Below, piece by piece: positions 19,347-28,922 of a stretch of 64,000 nucleotides of DNA. Positions within the stretch are counted from its first letter, which is position 1; every line of letters begins with the position of its first letter. Where the stretch lies: the IMG/VR virus record IMGVR_UViG_3300044719_000253, positions 96,001 through 160,000 of that record. One strand, 5' to 3'. Below the pieces are notes generated by a model. The model was not told the DNA's origin. It ran no database searches and saw only the letters and a list, made by a program, of their open reading frames with translations. The translations under genes were made by a program, and so were the position numbers. The stretch is from a virus (lineage: Duplodnaviria; Caudoviricetes).

Positions 19347-19677
19347 CATCCGACTCTCGCGAGTCTGTCCAGTTAGTTCGCGACACTAACCCGGTGCGAT
19401 TCCTAGCACCCGCTGTAGGCTTTCCCTACAGATCAGACCATATCTTCATCCTTTCGGATGCGTTCCATTTCGGGACTGCTAGTCCCTACGTGCGATGCAC
19501 TGGTCGTTGAACTTTCCTCTGTCCTAGAGGCTTAGCTGCGGATTACCCAATCTTTATCATTGTTACCATACCTGAATGATTAGTTCAGCCACACAAATAT
19601 TCCGACTTGTGTTTGGTAGATAAAGCTCTAAGGATGTTCCCGGCAATTAGAAAACGTTTAAAGACGGCAACGAGTTT
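19347..19677 (-). ncRNA. group I self-splicing intron, 331 nt, no homing endonuclease ORF
   Basis: 5' exon ends in U (GACGGU) and pairs with GCCGUC at 19663-19668 (P1 with a U-G splice-site pair). The intron ends in G. Elements: P AAUUGCCGGGAA, Q AAUCCGCAGC, R GUUCAACGACCA, S AAGAUAUGGUCU; P7 is GACCA/UGGUC. Confidence 0.93.
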
Positions 19678-20970
19678 ACCGTCGTAGTCAGCATTGAACC
19701 CCCTGACGGTCAAGTCCGACAACGAGATGGTTTGGTCAGCGGCATCCGGCTTGACCCGGGTGATGTAGAACAACTGCATCGACCCCAAGCCCAGCGAGGG
19801 ATTACGCTGGAAGATCGCCGGCAACCCACGCAGATTCGAGCCCGCAATCAGCTCGTGACGCGATTCACTGATCAATTCCTTGAACAGTTCATCCAAGAGC
19901 GGGTTGTACTCGGTGGCGTAGCGGTTGAGGAACCGCCAGATCTCGTTGGGCAACCACTGGCGGTCTTTCAGCTTGCGTGCCAAGTGCAACCGCAGCAAGC
20001 CCACACCGACGCCCCACGGGATGTGCAGTTCGCGATGGTAGTGTTGCACCGGCAGCTTGGTGATCACCGCCCGCGCCGACCAATCGCACCGGGTCGCAGC
20101 CAAGTGTTTGCGCGAGATGCCTTCCTTCGACGAGAACGACTTTTTGTTGAATTCTTCGTAATACGTCGCCATGTTGGCAATCGCCCGCACCACCCGGTTC
20201 TGCTTCACCGCATCGGTGTACCCGTTGAGCGGATCATCCAGGCCGATCAGGGACTCAATCGCATCGATCGCAATCGGCACGTTCGAATCCACATACACGG
20301 CCATGTCGGTGTCTTCCACCACCAGCAAGGTCTTGTTGGGCAATGCCATGTACTTCGAGAAGATCTTGCCGCGGTTCATTTGCAAGAACTTCAGGATGTG
20401 GTGCACTTCGTTCGGGTTGTCTTGCTTCTTCTTGCGGAAGTCGCTGATGGTGAGCAGCTTGGTGATGATTTCATCGAACTTGGCCACGAAGTTATTATAA
20501 CCGCGTTGCCGATCCAAGCCCAAGGCCAGCAGTTGCGCGTACACCTTCGGCGGTTTCTCCGGCACCGGGTACTTGGTGTCACACAACCACTGGATGATGT
20601 TGAATCGCCCTTTCTTGAAATGGTTGGAGAGAATGGTCCAGACGCGCGGATTGATGAGCAGAGCCACGCGGGCTGGTTGCCGCAGCCACACGATCGATTC
20701 CAGCTTTTGATCGCGCACGTTCACCACCGGTTTGTTGCAGTGTTCGCAAATTACGCCGAGGTATTTCTTGCCACGCGGTCCTTCCGAACAGTCACAGCGT
20801 GGGGTGTTGGTCAACACGTCATTCGGCTGATAACGTGTAAAGATCTTTTCTTTAAACGCTTTTAAGGCGTCGTGGGAACATTCCTGGAAATCGTTAATGA
20901 TGATCGGATCACGGTGTGAGCGTTGGGCCCACAAGTCGTCATGGCTGACGAGCCGCAAATAAGTGCCGAT
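19678..20970 (-). CDS. nvRNAP beta-prime N-terminal (catalytic) subunit, exon 1 (phiKZ gp55-like)
   Basis: Zn-binding PRCDC...CEHC, RCDWSARAVI, FQRNPSL and FNADYDG. Start is TTG 20958 or ATC 20970. Confidence 0.92.
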
Positions 20971-21092
20971 GATACACCTCTTTTAATCAAGAGAATAAAT
21001 AATGAGTGATACCCCAAGTTGCCTGCCTAAAGAAAAAAAAGTGAGACCCGCAAGGGCCTCACTTTCTTTCTTCAGCGAACTGCTAGTACCGA

Positions 21093-23099
21093 TTAGTACG
21101 TGCGCGTATGCGCCATGCCGCGGTAGCCGGCCGTGTTGCCCGTGTAGCTCGGCGCGCTGGTGAACATGGTGGTGTGGAAGTTCGACACCAGTGCACCGGC
21201 TTGGGCCAGGCCGTACGGCTGACGCACGGTCATGCGATCGTCCGAGTTCGGGATATCGATCTTCGGTTGGAAGTTCGATTGGGCGATCGATTGGTCCATG
21301 GCAGTCAGGAAGTCCGGATGGAACGTCTTGTGGATCGAGATGCCGGTCACCGTCGGGTGCACGACTTGCTCGATCAGTTTCAGACGCTCAGCCAGCTGGT
21401 AGTCGTTGCTACCGCCCCAGGTGGCGGCCCAGCGCTTGCCGATGTCCGGCTGCTCGTGGCCTTTGGCGTTGAGCAGGTACAGCAGGTCGATGTTGCGCAG
21501 ATCGTTGATGCGGCCCTGGTCGTCGGTGTAGAAACCGTTCAGCACGCGCTCGGTACGCGGCAGGACGATTTGACGGCTTTGGGTTTGGTTGAAGATCTGG
21601 CTAAAACGGCCATCGGTCATGGCGTCCATCGCGTTGATGATCGCTTGACGCGCACCTTCGACTTCGCTGGCTTCGGCGAACACGCGCAGGAACCAGGTAT
21701 CGGCGCCGGCCACCGGCACGTCGATCGAGAAGGCCGGATACGGCTGCATGATGAAGTTCACCAGACGGTAGAACTCGTCATTGCCGAAGCTGGCTTCGTG
21801 GGTCGGGAACGGGCTGACGGTGTCGCCGATCTTGAGGCCATAGTCGTAGTTCGTGGCGCCCAGATCACGCGGACGGAAGTTGCTGCGACCGCCACCGCCG
21901 TGCAGTTGCAGATGCGCCGGCAGGAAGTTGCGCAGCCACTGCGGACCGTACTTGGTCTGGTCGAACAGCGGCAGCATCGTCGAGATCAGCAGCAGCACGT
22001 TGCCCAGGTCCGGCAGCACGCCCATGTCGAAGCCCGAGATGGTGATTTCACCCGAGTATTCCTGGGTGTCATTGCCGCTCGGCTGCGCGCCGCCGACCAT
22101 GTAGCGGTTGCGGCGACCTTGGACCGGATCGATGTTGAGCGTGGTGTACGCCAGCACGCGACCGATTTCCATCACGCCCGCGGTGTTTTCGGTCTTGTCC
22201 TGCTGCGCCACGCCGGACTGGCGTTGCTGTTCCGAACGGAAGTCGGTGACGATTTCGCAGCGGATCGGCAGACCAGAAGCGTCGAACGCTTCGACCGGCG
22301 GATTGGCTTGGTCCTGGTTCATGTGGATCGAGTCGATCAGCAGCGACGAGCTGTCGGCAGCGACGTCGGCCAGGCGGTTGTACTTGAAGCCCGGCGTTTT
22401 GGTTTCCAGTTCAGCCGCGCAAGCGCGCATCGCGTTCATGAACAGACCAGCGACCTTGTACGGATCGTCGATCTTGAAGTTGACCGGCACCGGGCTCCAG
22501 TCGGCCGAATAGATCTCGGCTTGCTGCACGACCGCTCCGACGCGTTGACGGATGATCGTGGCCAGCGCGTCGTCGGCCAGCGTGGCCGGGGTACGCGGCG
22601 CGGTGACACGTTCTTGGCCATAACCGCCGTACAGTTCATTGCCACGGGTGGCCGGGGGCGGCGCCATGTCGGAAGCCAGCAGCAGGGTGTGGTAAGCCAC
22701 GCGGTTGTCGCCGCGGTCGGCGATCAGCAGGATCATGGCGATCTTATTGCTCAGGCCCGTTTGGGCGCTGCTGATGGCGTCACGGGCCACCGGCACGACG
22801 CGCACGTTCCAGCCGCTCAGTTCGTTGTCCTTCTCCTTTTCGTAGAAGTCTTGCAGCTTCTTCGTGAGTTCGCCCAGATCGCGACCGTTGTTGTCACGAC
22901 CTTGGTTGAGGGCGCCGCCGCGGAACAGCAGGCCGGCACCGGCTTGACGCGGGGCGCCACCCACGGGGGCACCTTGCGGCGTTTGGTAGTTCGGCTGCGC
23001 TTGACCCTGGGCCGCTTGCGCTGCGCCGCCGTACATGTCGTTCGGCTGCTGCTGCGTGGCGTTCGGGTTGGCGTTGCCTTGGGCGATTTGACCTTTCAT
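21093..23099 (-). CDS. chmA: chimallin (phage nuclear shell protein, phiKZ gp54-like)
   Basis: 668 aa from ATG 23099 (AAAGGA RBS). Segments DASGLPIRCEIV, RDLGA...QPYPAFSIDV and GFYTDDQGRINDLRNIDLLYLLNAKG parallel 201phi2-1 chimallin as recalled. Q/G/A-rich N-terminus. Directly upstream of the gp55-like gene with strongly biased codons. Confidence 0.9.
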   Translation of the reverse strand: MKGQIAQGNANPNATQQQPNDMYGGAAQAAQGQAQPNYQTPQGAPVGGAPRQAGAGLLFRGGALNQGRDNNGRDLGELTKKLQDFYEKEKDNELSGWNVRVVPVARDAISSAQTGLSNKIAMILLIADRGDNRVAYHTLLLASDMAPPPATRGNELYGGYGQERVTAPRTPATLADDALATIIRQRVGAVVQQAEIYSADWSPVPVNFKIDDPYKVAGLFMNAMRACAAELETKTPGFKYNRLADVAADSSSLLIDSIHMNQDQANPPVEAFDASGLPIRCEIVTDFRSEQQRQSGVAQQDKTENTAGVMEIGRVLAYTTLNIDPVQGRRNRYMVGGAQPSGNDTQEYSGEITISGFDMGVLPDLGNVLLLISTMLPLFDQTKYGPQWLRNFLPAHLQLHGGGGRSNFRPRDLGATNYDYGLKIGDTVSPFPTHEASFGNDEFYRLVNFIMQPYPAFSIDVPVAGADTWFLRVFAEASEVEGARQAIINAMDAMTDGRFSQIFNQTQSRQIVLPRTERVLNGFYTDDQGRINDLRNIDLLYLLNAKGHEQPDIGKRWAATWGGSNDYQLAERLKLIEQVVHPTVTGISIHKTFHPDFLTAMDQSIAQSNFQPKIDIPNSDDRMTVRQPYGLAQAGALVSNFHTTMFTSAPSYTGNTAGYRGMAHTRTY

Positions 23100-23182
23100 G
23101 CTATTTCCTTTTTTGTACAAGTTGTTGTGTAATTTGTTTGCGCAAACAAACTGTTTATTGAACACTTTCCTGGGTGTTCCTA

Positions 23183-23205
23183 TTAGTGATATAGGCGTAT
23201 TTTTG
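23183..23205 (-). promoter_or_regulatory. early-type promoter, TATATCAC variant
   Basis: Minus strand reads AAAAATACGCCTATATCACTAA, about 85 nt upstream of chimallin. Confidence 0.72.
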
Positions 23206-23457
23206 TTTAGCGCCAGATTTCGAGAGCATACCGCAATAGGAACCATGGGACGCCGATTGCGTCTTCCACTATACAATGGGGTAGGTGATGTATTTTTTTA
23301 CTTGAACATGGCTTTCCCTTTCGTACCAATCCCCGAGTTCTGAACCACTCGCTCAAGCGATACACAGATGGAGTATTTTTCTAACACTATTCCACCCTGT
23401 CCGTGGTGCAATCGTATGTCCCTGCCCCCATTCCTTTTTCCATGATGAGTCCCGTTT

Positions 23458-24552
23458 ATGTATAGCCTGATTAAGGTTGATCCTAAAAAAGAATACGGCG
23501 TAGCGCGACTGCCTGAATGGAAAGCTGTCCGTGACGGGCTCACGCGTAACCTCGTTGCGTTCTTACAGCACCACCGGCACGCCAGCTACAGCGTCGCTGC
23601 GGATCATCTGTTGGTGAAATTGTTGCAGTCGATCGCAGTGCCGCACAGTCTCAATAGTGACCGCTACTATAGTAACATCAGTCTCAATGCGTTGGCGGTG
23701 GCCAACAGCTTACAACTGACCACCCCGTTCGGCGAAGGTAAACTGTTCACTGGGATGTTCTTTAATAAGCAAGTGCAAGAAGTGGTGATCGCGTTTGATG
23801 AAGCGTTTGATTATCAGTACGTCGAGCAACACTGGGAAGATGCCACCCCTGTGCGGGTGGTGCGCCATCCGTTTCCCCATGTGACTTTGCAAGTGCCCAA
23901 TGGGCGTTTTATCAGTCCGCACAGCGGGGTCAGTGTGGTTGCGGTAAACGTGGCGTTGTTGGCCGTGCAACATCGGGCCTTTTGTCTGGCTGAGCAGTAC
24001 AAGCAACAAACCATCCCGGGTTACGTTCAGCGCAACACCATGCAATTTATCCACATGTTTGTGTTGCCGAACATGTTGGAGAGTTATCTCGATTATGCCA
24101 TCTTTAATCGGATCGACTCTCATCGCAGTGGGCAGCCGATGTTGATGTTGCCACACAAGTCGACGATCCATTTGCCGAACTACACCAAACTGACCGACCA
24201 AACGTTACTGCGGCTGCTGGAGATTGTGGAGAGATCCGATTACAGTCCCCAGCAACTCTTGGCTGCGATTCCTGCGGTAACGTTGCCGGACATGCGTGAA
24301 GTGATGTGTGTGCCGGACGTCGCGCCGACGCGGCAAATTCTATGGTCGGTGATTTTGGCACGCTTACCCATGTTGTTATTTTTAGCACGGGTTGCACAAA
24401 AGACAGACCGCATCCGCAACCAAACCGGCTTGGCGGATGTGGCCACCATGTTGATCCGGTTAAAGAATCAACGGGTCCTGGATTCCACCTTACCCAAACC
24501 GTTATACACCCCAGCCATGGATACCATCCACGAAATCCTCGGCTATCTCTAA
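23458..24552 (+). CDS. conserved chimallivirus protein (phiKZ gp52/53-like position)
   Basis: 364-aa ORF divergent from chimallin. Confidence 0.75.
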   Translation: MYSLIKVDPKKEYGVARLPEWKAVRDGLTRNLVAFLQHHRHASYSVAADHLLVKLLQSIAVPHSLNSDRYYSNISLNALAVANSLQLTTPFGEGKLFTGMFFNKQVQEVVIAFDEAFDYQYVEQHWEDATPVRVVRHPFPHVTLQVPNGRFISPHSGVSVVAVNVALLAVQHRAFCLAEQYKQQTIPGYVQRNTMQFIHMFVLPNMLESYLDYAIFNRIDSHRSGQPMLMLPHKSTIHLPNYTKLTDQTLLRLLEIVERSDYSPQQLLAAIPAVTLPDMREVMCVPDVAPTRQILWSVILARLPMLLFLARVAQKTDRIRNQTGLADVATMLIRLKNQRVLDSTLPKPLYTPAMDTIHEILGYL

Positions 24553-24571
24553 TACCTCTTGAAAGACAAAC

Positions 24572-25870
24572 ATGAAACGACATCTGCAAGCCCCCGAAGT
24601 GCCGCCGGTTCAGGTACCGATGCTGTCGGTGGAAGAAGAAGCGATCCTGACGGACGAGCATAACGAAGCCAGCCAAGCCCTCGACCAAGCCACGGCCGAT
24701 GCCGACCGCGTCACCGAAGTGGCGGAAGTGGCCACCGATGCCGTGCAAGTCGTCGACATCACCCCGCAAGTCGGCCAAGTCGAAGCGGAGCTGGTGGGCG
24801 CCGTGGGTGACATGGCCGTGGCCGGTACCGATGCCGATCCAGCCGATGTGATTTCGCTGCCGACCCCGACCGAAGGCGCTGAGCCGGCCCCGGAAGGGCT
24901 GAGCGTGGAAGGTATCGCCAGCACCCTGAAGTCGATCTGGGATGCGATCGTCACGGCGATCAAGAACATGTGGGTCGGCCTGAAGCACTGGCTTACCACC
25001 TATTTTTCTTCGCTGGAGCAGAACAAGAAACACGCCGAGAAACTGATCGAACGTCTGTCGGGGATGAAAGGATATCTGGCCAATGATGGCGCCCTGCTGA
25101 CTTCGGCCATCACCAACATTTACCATTACGGAGGTAAGAGTTTCCTGGACATGTCGAACACCATCGGTCGCCAAGAAAGCGACTTCAACACGTATGTGCT
25201 CGACGCCGTACAACTCCAGCATAACCAGATGAATGCGGTCGGCCTCGAACTCTCGCAAGCCTACGCCAAATACGACGGCGGCGCCACCGATCATGTTAGC
25301 CAAGTCATCGACAACGTGACCAAGCACCTGGTCGACTACATGGCCAAGCTGAAACTGATCGCCAAAGGCAGCGAAATGAGCACCAAACCGGTCGCCGGTA
25401 TGCGCGTGGTGGTCAAGGGTTACAACGAAAACGTCAGCGACGACGTGCAGTCGGTGGAAACCAAGATCGCCCTGCTGTCGAAAGTGCGTTTCTCGGCCGA
25501 CCAAGACACTGACCTCAGCACCGGGGCACGTCTGAGTGTGGCCCTCGACGTCACGCCGGATCAGCTGCTGGTGTGGGTCAAAGACCGCCTGGCGTTCATC
25601 GACAACCTGATCAAGCTCAAGGACAAGCAGTTCGACGATCTGGAGACCCGCGTGGTGTCGGTCACGAGCGCCTGTGAAGCCATGCTCGGTCGGGTCAAAG
25701 CCACTGACAAGGAAAGCGAATCCTTCGCGAAACGTCTGATGCCGTTGACGACCGCTTACGCTAACTGGGCCACCCAACCCACCGCCAGTCTGCTGAAGAC
25801 GGCGGCGCGCCACAATAAGTTCTGGCTGTCGCTGTTCGAGATGGCCACCAACAATTTCCGCCCTGCGTAA
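24572..25870 (+). CDS. internal head protein with acidic propeptide (phiKZ gp93-family-like)
   Basis: Acidic N-terminus ending GLSVE|GIAS (S/A/G-x-E prohead-protease site), followed by the amphipathic helix LKSIWDAIVTAIKNMW typical of these head proteins. Confidence 0.7.
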   Translation: MKRHLQAPEVPPVQVPMLSVEEEAILTDEHNEASQALDQATADADRVTEVAEVATDAVQVVDITPQVGQVEAELVGAVGDMAVAGTDADPADVISLPTPTEGAEPAPEGLSVEGIASTLKSIWDAIVTAIKNMWVGLKHWLTTYFSSLEQNKKHAEKLIERLSGMKGYLANDGALLTSAITNIYHYGGKSFLDMSNTIGRQESDFNTYVLDAVQLQHNQMNAVGLELSQAYAKYDGGATDHVSQVIDNVTKHLVDYMAKLKLIAKGSEMSTKPVAGMRVVVKGYNENVSDDVQSVETKIALLSKVRFSADQDTDLSTGARLSVALDVTPDQLLVWVKDRLAFIDNLIKLKDKQFDDLETRVVSVTSACEAMLGRVKATDKESESFAKRLMPLTTAYANWATQPTASLLKTAARHNKFWLSLFEMATNNFRPA

Positions 25871-25920
25871 ACGATATAAAGCACCCGCCCTCTCCCCACG
25901 GGGAGAGGGTCGGTATGCCG

Positions 25921-28065
25921 TCAATAAAAGTCCATCGCCAATTGGCTCAAGTCATCGTGGTTGAAGTAAAACCCGATCGTTTCTAAAATCAAGTAAAACA
26001 TCGCCGTGGCTTTTTGCACGATCTTACGCACATCCACCGCCGCCATGATCTCTTCCGGGATTCCTTTGGCCGAGACAATCGGTAGCGGTAACTGTAATGA
26101 CGTGATTTTATCGCGACCGTTCATCTCCAACCAACGCCGCATCGCCCGCGCAATCTCTTGGTCGGGCATCTTGTCCAGCCAGTTGTTGGTCTTGGTTTTA
26201 CTGTCCAATTCCAAACTGACATAGATCGCCTTGTATGGGGGCGGTGGGATCATCCCATACTTGCCGCCAAACACGTCGTTCCACATGCCGTACTGTTTAT
26301 ACGCCGAGGTTTCTTCGCCGTTCTTGTAGGCTTGCGGGTCTTTCACGGTGCTGAGTTTCAGATACTTGAATTCCCCTTTACGAATCGACTCCACAATCCC
26401 GCGCTCCAAGTCCGCCACTTCCTTGACGTATTTGTACGCGCTGATCGTGCCCTTGGCCATGATGGTGTTCATGATGTCCAGCATCATGGCTTCGGCTTGT
26501 TGCACAATCGCTTTGGGGGCGTTGGATGACTTCAAGTGCACGCCCTTGATTTCTTTCTTGAGCTCCTTCTTGATGTTACCTTCCTGGCAACTGATCTGGG
26601 CAAAATAATGTTTCCCCAATTGCGTCAACACAAAGACGTCGAACTTGAATTCGTTCTTCATCTCAATCGTAAACGCATGATTCCGACCAATTCCGACGTT
26701 GGCCGACATCTTGGCCAGGATGTGGATGATGGATTGCGAAGCCAAGAAGATCATCGAAGCGCACACGGCGTCATACGTGGCATCGAACTTAACTTCTTTA
26801 CAATACCACATGATCCAATCTTGGGTGGTAAAGATGGTCGAGTCGGTGTCCGACACCAATACCACCCGGCGCAGACTGTTGGGGAACATCGCAATCGATG
26901 GCGGCAGGTTATCAGTGGCCCAGAACGTGCGAATCAGATCCGCATACGACCACATCACATTCGCGATATTTTCGGTTTGCGCGGCCACAATCCCGTAACC
27001 GCGCGGATCGCCGTTCTTGATCTCGTCCATCGACTTGCCCTTGGTGATTTCGGGCTGGAGTTGTTTGGCTAGGTTGAAGAAGTCTTCGGGCCACTTTTTG
27101 ATGGTGTCGGCGGGAGTGGGATCAGGTACATCCACCCGTTGAATAAGGCGTCCCATAAAAGCGCGCACAAAATCATCATTGAATTCCTTCAGTTGGTACA
27201 TGTCCCCTGTGTAGACAAAGGCAGCACGTTGGATCGGCGTGAGATGGTCAATCAAGTCACGAATCTTGGCGTACGCTGGCTTGGAATTCCAATAGAGCTT
27301 AGCCGAGCGGTACACAACATTGAAGGTTTCTTCGGCAGTCGGGTAATGCAAATTGTAACGGGTCATCACGCGTTCCACCGCCGCCATGTCAGTGTGCGCC
27401 ACGATCGAGATGATGTTGTTACGGGTGATGTCATACGACCAGTAATGGCGGTTGCTGGCCAAAAAGCGTTCGTTGTTGGCATTGCCGTATGCCGAAGTTT
27501 GCCGACAGGATGAGGTCAGCGATGAGTGGCCGGTTTTGTTATGCAGCGGATTGTGTTCACTCACCATCGCGCCCGAGACGGCATTATTCGCTAACTTCTC
27601 GGTAGTTTGCAAGCCGCTGAAGTAGCGATAATTAAAGCTGCTCTCGCCTTCTTCTTGACCTGCCTTGAACATGGATTTCTTAGCCTTGCCGCGTGACTTG
27701 ACGTTGTCGTCCTGAAACTTCGACAGCGGCGACAAACGCACTTCGGGGTTGTGGTAAGTGGTGAAGGTGGGGGCATAGATCTGACCATCGCGTAAAATCG
27801 TCCCGATGTATTCCGACATCGGTACACATCCGTCTTCCCGGTCACCGGTATCAAAGTCACGCTCTAAGAAGACCGCATTCGGATCTTGGATTGGAAACTC
27901 GCCCCCGGGAGCCAGTTCTTGTCTGACAAACTGCGCGGCTTCTTCATAGCTGATCCCGGCCATGATTTGCAAATGCACCGCATGTTGGTGCACGGCATCG
28001 CGCAAGGGATTGATGCTGCGTTTATAATCTTCAGCAGGAGAAATAAACGGGCTGTTTTTCGACAT
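25921..28065 (-). CDS. family-B DNA polymerase, polymerase-domain subunit (phiKZ gp50-like)
   Basis: KLANNAVSG (motif B-like), VSDTDS (motif C) and GKHYFA...KGVHL. No exonuclease domain, consistent with the split polymerase of phiKZ-like phages. Confidence 0.88.
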   Translation of the reverse strand: MSKNSPFISPAEDYKRSINPLRDAVHQHAVHLQIMAGISYEEAAQFVRQELAPGGEFPIQDPNAVFLERDFDTGDREDGCVPMSEYIGTILRDGQIYAPTFTTYHNPEVRLSPLSKFQDDNVKSRGKAKKSMFKAGQEEGESSFNYRYFSGLQTTEKLANNAVSGAMVSEHNPLHNKTGHSSLTSSCRQTSAYGNANNERFLASNRHYWSYDITRNNIISIVAHTDMAAVERVMTRYNLHYPTAEETFNVVYRSAKLYWNSKPAYAKIRDLIDHLTPIQRAAFVYTGDMYQLKEFNDDFVRAFMGRLIQRVDVPDPTPADTIKKWPEDFFNLAKQLQPEITKGKSMDEIKNGDPRGYGIVAAQTENIANVMWSYADLIRTFWATDNLPPSIAMFPNSLRRVVLVSDTDSTIFTTQDWIMWYCKEVKFDATYDAVCASMIFLASQSIIHILAKMSANVGIGRNHAFTIEMKNEFKFDVFVLTQLGKHYFAQISCQEGNIKKELKKEIKGVHLKSSNAPKAIVQQAEAMMLDIMNTIMAKGTISAYKYVKEVADLERGIVESIRKGEFKYLKLSTVKDPQAYKNGEETSAYKQYGMWNDVFGGKYGMIPPPPYKAIYVSLELDSKTKTNNWLDKMPDQEIARAMRRWLEMNGRDKITSLQLPLPIVSAKGIPEEIMAAVDVRKIVQKATAMFYLILETIGFYFNHDDLSQLAMDFY

Positions 28066-28140
28066 GTTGGGCCTGTTGTTCGAATTCGACTACATGATGA
28101 GGCATGACGATACAAAAAAAGAAAAGACAACATAAAAAGA

Positions 28141-28490
28141 CCAGGAACCCGAAGGTCCCTGGCCGAAATTACAACTATGGATATCACGCACTACAAACAG
28201 CACAACGTGAAAAACATTACGTCATGTCATGGCGCCAGCTTTGGTACCAAGAACAAACGACGATCGGATCAACCGACGGTAAGGAAATGAACCGGCAGGA
28301 TACACGACGGTTATTCGTTTCCAACACCAAAGTTGCGTCACCTCTACGCCCTGTTACCATGGATGGCCGTAACGTTTTTCACCACACTACTCTGCCGCAA
28401 ACAGAGTCCTACCTCTCCCGCCAGCCAGGTCCTTTGGGAGCGCATTGAGGCGTGCGCACCTCGCTGCATTCAATACGGGACCCGAATAAA
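28141..28490 (-). ncRNA. candidate structured intergenic RNA ending in a terminator
   Basis: About 350 nt with no credible ORF. Contains a 14-bp long-range helix (28207-28220/28369-28382), several hairpins, and a terminal stem CCAGGGACC/GGTTCCTGG plus a U-run on the minus strand. Confidence 0.4.
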
Positions 28491-28496
28491 AAAGGA

Positions 28497-28901
28497 TCAA
28501 GTAATTGATTGGAAGTCACACGAACTGACCTTGAAGTTATTCGCGGCCAGGGCTGACAAGATCTTCTGTTGACTGGTGCTGGCTTCATTATCGATCACGA
28601 TGGTGTACCGACCCAGGTTCACGCTTTGTAACGTGGTCGGGTTGATCCACTCCATGGCGATGATCTGGGTCAAACCGCTCGGCAGCTTGATCTTCAAATA
28701 CCGGTACTTTTGCGGGTTGTTAACCGTGGTGCTGGGCAGCGACGGATAGATCAACGCATGTTGCGCCAAAATATCCAAACCCATCGCTTGGGCCGATTCC
28801 GCATCCAGGATCGACATCACCAACGCATTTTTGAAGTCTGTCCCCAGCACCGCCACGGGATACACACTGAACGAATACACACCACCAACTTGAACGTCCA
28901 T
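28497..28901 (-). CDS. conserved small beta-rich protein (phiKZ gp49-like)
   Basis: 134 aa with GAGG RBS, next to the DNA polymerase. Confidence 0.75.
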   Translation of the reverse strand: MDVQVGGVYSFSVYPVAVLGTDFKNALVMSILDAESAQAMGLDILAQHALIYPSLPSTTVNNPQKYRYLKIKLPSGLTQIIAMEWINPTTLQSVNLGRYTIVIDNEASTSQQKILSALAANNFKVSSCDFQSIT

Positions 28902-28922
28902 GTAAGCCTCATCGAGAAAAGA

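Noticed and set aside
19116-19349. 77-aa ORF as an independent gene
   Set aside because: It is exon 2 of the RNAP subunit. Its ATG overlaps the intron's terminal G, and the following DEMN completes the catalytic motif.
19585-19677. C-terminal KLVAVFKR...YLCG of the 457-aa ORF as real protein
   Set aside because: It is read-through into the intron P1-P3 region.
21108-23132. 674-aa plus-strand ORF antisense to chimallin, and similar long ORFs at 9426-10742, 11269-12498, 24104-25924, 56618-58855 and 60411-61577
   Set aside because: These are shadow ORFs. The strong codon bias of highly expressed genes removes stops on the opposite strand. They have no RBS or motifs and a V/G/R/D-skewed composition.
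28104-28448. 114-aa plus-strand ORF, and ORFs 59832-60182 and 60206-60475 in the structured spacers
   Set aside because: No convincing RBS. They start within A-run or terminator sequence and lack the codon bias of real genes.
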